A stretch of DNA of 20,000 nucleotides from an uncultured virus (IMG/VR IMGVR_UViG_3300029787_004165) (lineage: Duplodnaviria; Heunggongvirae; Uroviricota; Caudoviricetes). The stretch lies in IMG/VR virus record IMGVR_UViG_3300029787_004165; one strand, 5' to 3'. The notes below the pieces were generated by a model. It had not been told where the DNA came from and ran no database searches. It saw only the letters and a list, made by a program, of their open reading frames with translations. The first letter of the stretch is position 1, and each line of letters begins with the position of its first letter. Position numbers and translations under genes: made by a program. Below, one piece after another: positions 17,749-20,000 of this stretch.

Positions 17749-17943
17749 TTACAAACTCACTAAACGTCTTTTAATGCTTCTTTCAACCTGCCGAAGTGTG
17801 TTTACGTCGGAAGGTGATGCAGACGTATGGATCCTTAGCCCTGACTCATGGATCCAGGTAAGATGCTTTCTCTTTCTATAAAGTGTGAATTGATAACGCT
17901 TCATAATCTTTTTCAGTTCGGAGTTATACTTGTTATAGTTCAT
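17749..17943 (-). CDS. HicA-like (dsRBD-fold, putative mRNA interferase) protein, 64 aa
   Basis: Basic protein with pattern ELKKIMKRYQFTLYR..KHLTWIHESG.RIHTSASPSD...LRQVER, which resembles the HicA alpha-beta3-alpha layout. It has a His at the catalytic position but lacks the canonical GSH. ATGA overlap with the upstream gene. Confidence 0.6.
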   Translation of the reverse strand: MNYNKYNSELKKIMKRYQFTLYRKRKHLTWIHESGLRIHTSASPSDVNTLRQVERSIKRRLVSL

Positions 17944-18875
17944 GATGCACGAAGAGGTAAGGGAACGAATCTGGTATTATGAAAGTTTGCATATGAAAAG
18001 GCACGACGATTGACCAACTTGAAATATCCAAACCGTGTTAACATCACGTATCCTTCACCTTGTATCGGTTCGGGGTCACCCATCACGCAAGTTGAAAAAT
18101 CTGCATTATCTCTACACTCATTTAATGCAATATGCTTTATCTCTCTCACAGTATCCCACAACTCAATTAAGTTCGCATCACATAAACCCGCATCCTCAAA
18201 GTGAGTCGGTACAATGTCCTCACCCTCACGAATAAGATGGTTTAAATTGGTTTTAATTTTCTTTGCCGTGCTTTCATTTACAAAATCAACACGAGTGCTC
18301 AAACACCACGCATATTCAATCAAGTCAGCACAGACATGAAATGCATCCGTGTTATTAGCAATATAGGCATCAGGTTGAATAAATTTAACTCTACTATTCT
18401 CTAACTTATCCAGTAGAGGCATAGCAATGGCATCAGATAAATCACTCACGGCAAAATATTTTGTGTGTGGTGCTATGATGATTTTCTCAGTGACGACCTC
18501 AGAAAACTTATAGGTTAGAGTATTTGGTCTGTAATTCTTAGCACCACCAAACCCAATAAAATCACCTTGGTAGATGTTTTTAGTGATTGGAAGATATGCC
18601 ATACACGACATTAAAATGTTAAGCAGTGTAGGTTTATGAGAATAGTGCTTCTCAATATCCTCTGGAGTTTCACAGATTAAGATTTTCTTCTTATTGAAGA
18701 CTGATTTTGTGCCAACAAACTGGCGACCAGTTGCAGGGTTACGACCCCAAATAATAGCGGGAGATCCATCAATTTTTAACGAAAGAATAAGAGGTAATAA
18801 AAAAGCATCTAATACAGATAGATCACCTGTAAGGATGCTGTCTTCTGGATGTTCAATGTGTAAGTTTTTAGTCAT
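17940..18875 (-). CDS. Conserved phage protein with covalent nucleotidyltransferase (RNA/DNA ligase-like) motifs, 311 aa; start re-called to MTKNLHIEHPED
   Basis: Contains LSLKIDGSP (KxDG), IYQGDF, GEGYVML and YFKLV. The track's start at 18938 lies inside promoter cassette A, upstream of its -10, so ATG at 18875 is preferred. Confidence 0.7.
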   Translation of the reverse strand: MTKNLHIEHPEDSILTGDLSVLDAFLLPLILSLKIDGSPAIIWGRNPATGRQFVGTKSVFNKKKILICETPEDIEKHYSHKPTLLNILMSCMAYLPITKNIYQGDFIGFGGAKNYRPNTLTYKFSEVVTEKIIIAPHTKYFAVSDLSDAIAMPLLDKLENSRVKFIQPDAYIANNTDAFHVCADLIEYAWCLSTRVDFVNESTAKKIKTNLNHLIREGEDIVPTHFEDAGLCDANLIELWDTVREIKHIALNECRDNADFSTCVMGDPEPIQGEGYVMLTRFGYFKLVNRRAFSYANFHNTRFVPLPLRAS

Positions 18876-18917
18876 AAAAACGAAAGTAAAAAAATGAAAA
18901 GGGGTTGTGTCCCATGA

Positions 18918-18978
18918 TTTAATAATAACAATAAACAACCCCTGTTAGGGGGTTGAGTGTGCCAGTTTGTTGACTGGC
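18918..18978 (-). promoter_or_regulatory. Early promoter/terminator cassette A
   Basis: - strand GCCAGT-N6-ACTGGC palindrome (18961-18978), CAACCCC/GGGGTTG hairpin (18936-18955), and extended -10 TGtTATTAT (-10 at 18927-18922). Confidence 0.8.
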
Positions 18979-18979
18979 T

Positions 18980-19216
18980 TTAAACCAGTGAGTCGAGTCT
19001 GGATTGTGGTATTTCTTTAAATTCTGGTAGGTCATCATGCCCATCTCTAAACCACTTGTTGATGTGACGTGATGTTGTAACTGACCAGTATTTTTCAGTT
19101 TTGACAAATCCTTCACCAAAGATGTATGCTGCAACGGGTGTGCGGTATGAAAACAAAATTCTTGCGTCTTTTGTTTCTACTTCGGTCATGTTTGATGCGA
19201 TTGGTGTAAGTTGCAT
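18980..19216 (-). CDS. Conserved phage hypothetical early protein, 78 aa
   Basis: Strong AAGGAG RBS upstream. The LFSYRTPVAA...T...SVTTSRHINKW motif is recognised as a widespread phage family of unknown function. Flanked by cassettes B and A. Confidence 0.85.
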   Translation of the reverse strand: MQLTPIASNMTEVETKDARILFSYRTPVAAYIFGEGFVKTEKYWSVTTSRHINKWFRDGHDDLPEFKEIPQSRLDSLV

Positions 19217-19234
19217 TAATGCTCCTTTTGTTTG

Positions 19235-19299
19235 TATACATCTATTATGGCATTAAAAAACCCCCGTTAGGGGGTTGAGTAGACACTTTGCAAACTGGC
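19235..19299 (-). promoter_or_regulatory. Early promoter/terminator cassette B
   Basis: - strand GCCAGT-N6-AGTGTC (19282-19299), CCCCC-TAAC-GGGGG hairpin followed by TTTTTT, and extended -10 TGcCATAAT (-10 at 19249-19244). Confidence 0.8.
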
Positions 19300-19300
19300 C

Positions 19301-19501
19301 TCAATCTGCATTTAATGGGGATCTTCCACGCCATACTGTAAACGGGCGTTGAAGTTTCTCATGTTCTTGAGCAAACTCCTGTAAGAAGTAATCAACTGTA
19401 AATTCATTCTCTGAACAGAATTTTTCGATTTCAGAGTAGATTGAAGGATCGTAATTTCTCATGTGAAAATCAATAGGGTTGACGGTTGGAGCTGGTTTCA
19501 T
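19301..19501 (-). CDS. Hypothetical early protein, 66 aa (start re-called to MKPAPTV)
   Basis: ATG at 19501 follows the stop of 19503..19622 by 1 nt (TAA-A-ATG). The longer start in the track overlaps that ORF. Confidence 0.7.
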   Translation of the reverse strand: MKPAPTVNPIDFHMRNYDPSIYSEIEKFCSENEFTVDYFLQEFAQEHEKLQRPFTVWRGRSPLNAD

Positions 19502-19502
19502 T

Positions 19503-19622
19503 TTAGTAATCAATCTTTGAGTTGAAGTAGTCCTCAACATCAAATTTAGTTTCTTCTTTGGTTTCTGAGAACGCTTCTTCCATCAGTATGGAAAGAGCCT
19601 CTTCTTCAAAACGTGGATCCAT
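19503..19622 (-). CDS. Very acidic micro-protein, 39 aa (not in ORF track)
   Basis: MDPRFEEEALSILMEEAFSETKEETKFDVEDYFNSKIDY*. First ORF after cassette C, with AAGGA upstream. Confidence 0.75.
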   Translation of the reverse strand: MDPRFEEEALSILMEEAFSETKEETKFDVEDYFNSKIDY

Positions 19623-19645
19623 GGTGATAAAAATTCCTTTAACTC

Positions 19646-19704
19646 TTTAATAATAACAAAAAAATATCCCCCGTGGGGGATAAGTGGCCAGCTTGCTCAC
19701 TGGC
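19646..19704 (-). promoter_or_regulatory. Early promoter/terminator cassette C
   Basis: - strand GCCAGT-N6-GCTGGC (19687-19704), TATCCCC-CACG-GGGGATA hairpin followed by T7, and extended -10 TGtTATTAT (-10 at 19655-19650). Confidence 0.8.
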
Positions 19705-19825
19705 ACATATCATAAAATCTGTTGTTGGCGATTTCGATTTGTTTCTCTTCTTCCATATATGGAAATGCTTCTTTCACGTCTTCAAAGATTTCTAAAAGCA
19801 TGTCTTCGTGGTGTAGTGTACTCAT
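19697..19825 (-). CDS. Acidic micro-protein, 42 aa (start re-called to MSTLHHE)
   Basis: AGGAG lies 8 nt upstream of the ATG at 19825, with a TAATG overlap with the upstream ORF. Sequence MSTLHHEDMLLEIFEDVKEAFPYMEEEKQIEIANNRFYDMCQ*. Confidence 0.78.
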   Translation of the reverse strand: MSTLHHEDMLLEIFEDVKEAFPYMEEEKQIEIANNRFYDMCQ

Positions 19826-20000
19826 TATGATAACTCCTGTATAAGTTCGTTCATTTCTCCAACATGTGCTTCGCCATAGTCTGCCCCGTCTGGAGTTGCA
19901 TGAAAACCGCACATAACTTGCATTTCAAATAAAAATTCCATGTAGTCTTCACATGCTTTCGCAAGATTGTAAATTGTCTCTTCATTTTGGATCCACAAGG
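19825..20000 (-). CDS. Conserved phage hypothetical protein, C-terminal part (start beyond window; not in ORF track)
   Basis: ...LWIQNEETIYNLAKACEDYMEFLFEMQVMCGFHATPDGADYGEAHVGEMNELIQELS*. The LWIQN...TPDG motif pair is typical of a cyanophage early-region family. Confidence 0.75.
   Translation of the reverse strand, partial: LWIQNEETIYNLAKACEDYMEFLFEMQVMCGFHATPDGADYGEAHVGEMNELIQELS

Noticed and set aside
18010..19134. ORFs 18010..18204(+), 18035..18235(+), 18694..18897(+), 18919..19134(-)
   Set aside because: Antisense or out-of-frame overlaps of better-supported genes; the last also runs through cassette A.
18918..19704. Repeated cassettes as a CRISPR array or integron attC sites
   Set aside because: The intervening sequences are 250-350-bp whole genes, the repeats are degenerate and contain -10 boxes, and there is no cas gene, integrase or attC-type core-site pairing in the window.

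Overview
This window is a fragment of an AT-rich T4-like (Tevenvirinae-type) marine cyanomyovirus genome. The low GC suggests a Prochlorococcus host, but that is inference. All credible genes are on the - strand. In the direction of transcription (right to left) there are four zones. (i) 17.4-20 kb is an early/host-takeover region of small, mostly acidic ORFs separated by a repeated palindrome + GC hairpin + extended -10 cassette. It includes a translationally coupled pair: a ligase/nucleotidyltransferase-motif protein and a HicA-like protein. (ii) A short structured non-coding boundary lies at about 17.27-17.44 kb. (iii) A cluster follows with an AbrB-like protein, two possibly paralogous micro-proteins, a GT-A glycosyltransferase-like gene behind a perfect sigma70 promoter, and a 48-aa very basic protein, closed by an intrinsic terminator. 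(iv) The late baseplate operon gp25-gp6-gp7 (4332 aa, repeat-rich)-gp8 (truncated) carries TATAAATA late promoters. Six credible ORFs are missing from the supplied track and three starts are re-called. All family assignments come from motif recognition by eye; no database searches were run.
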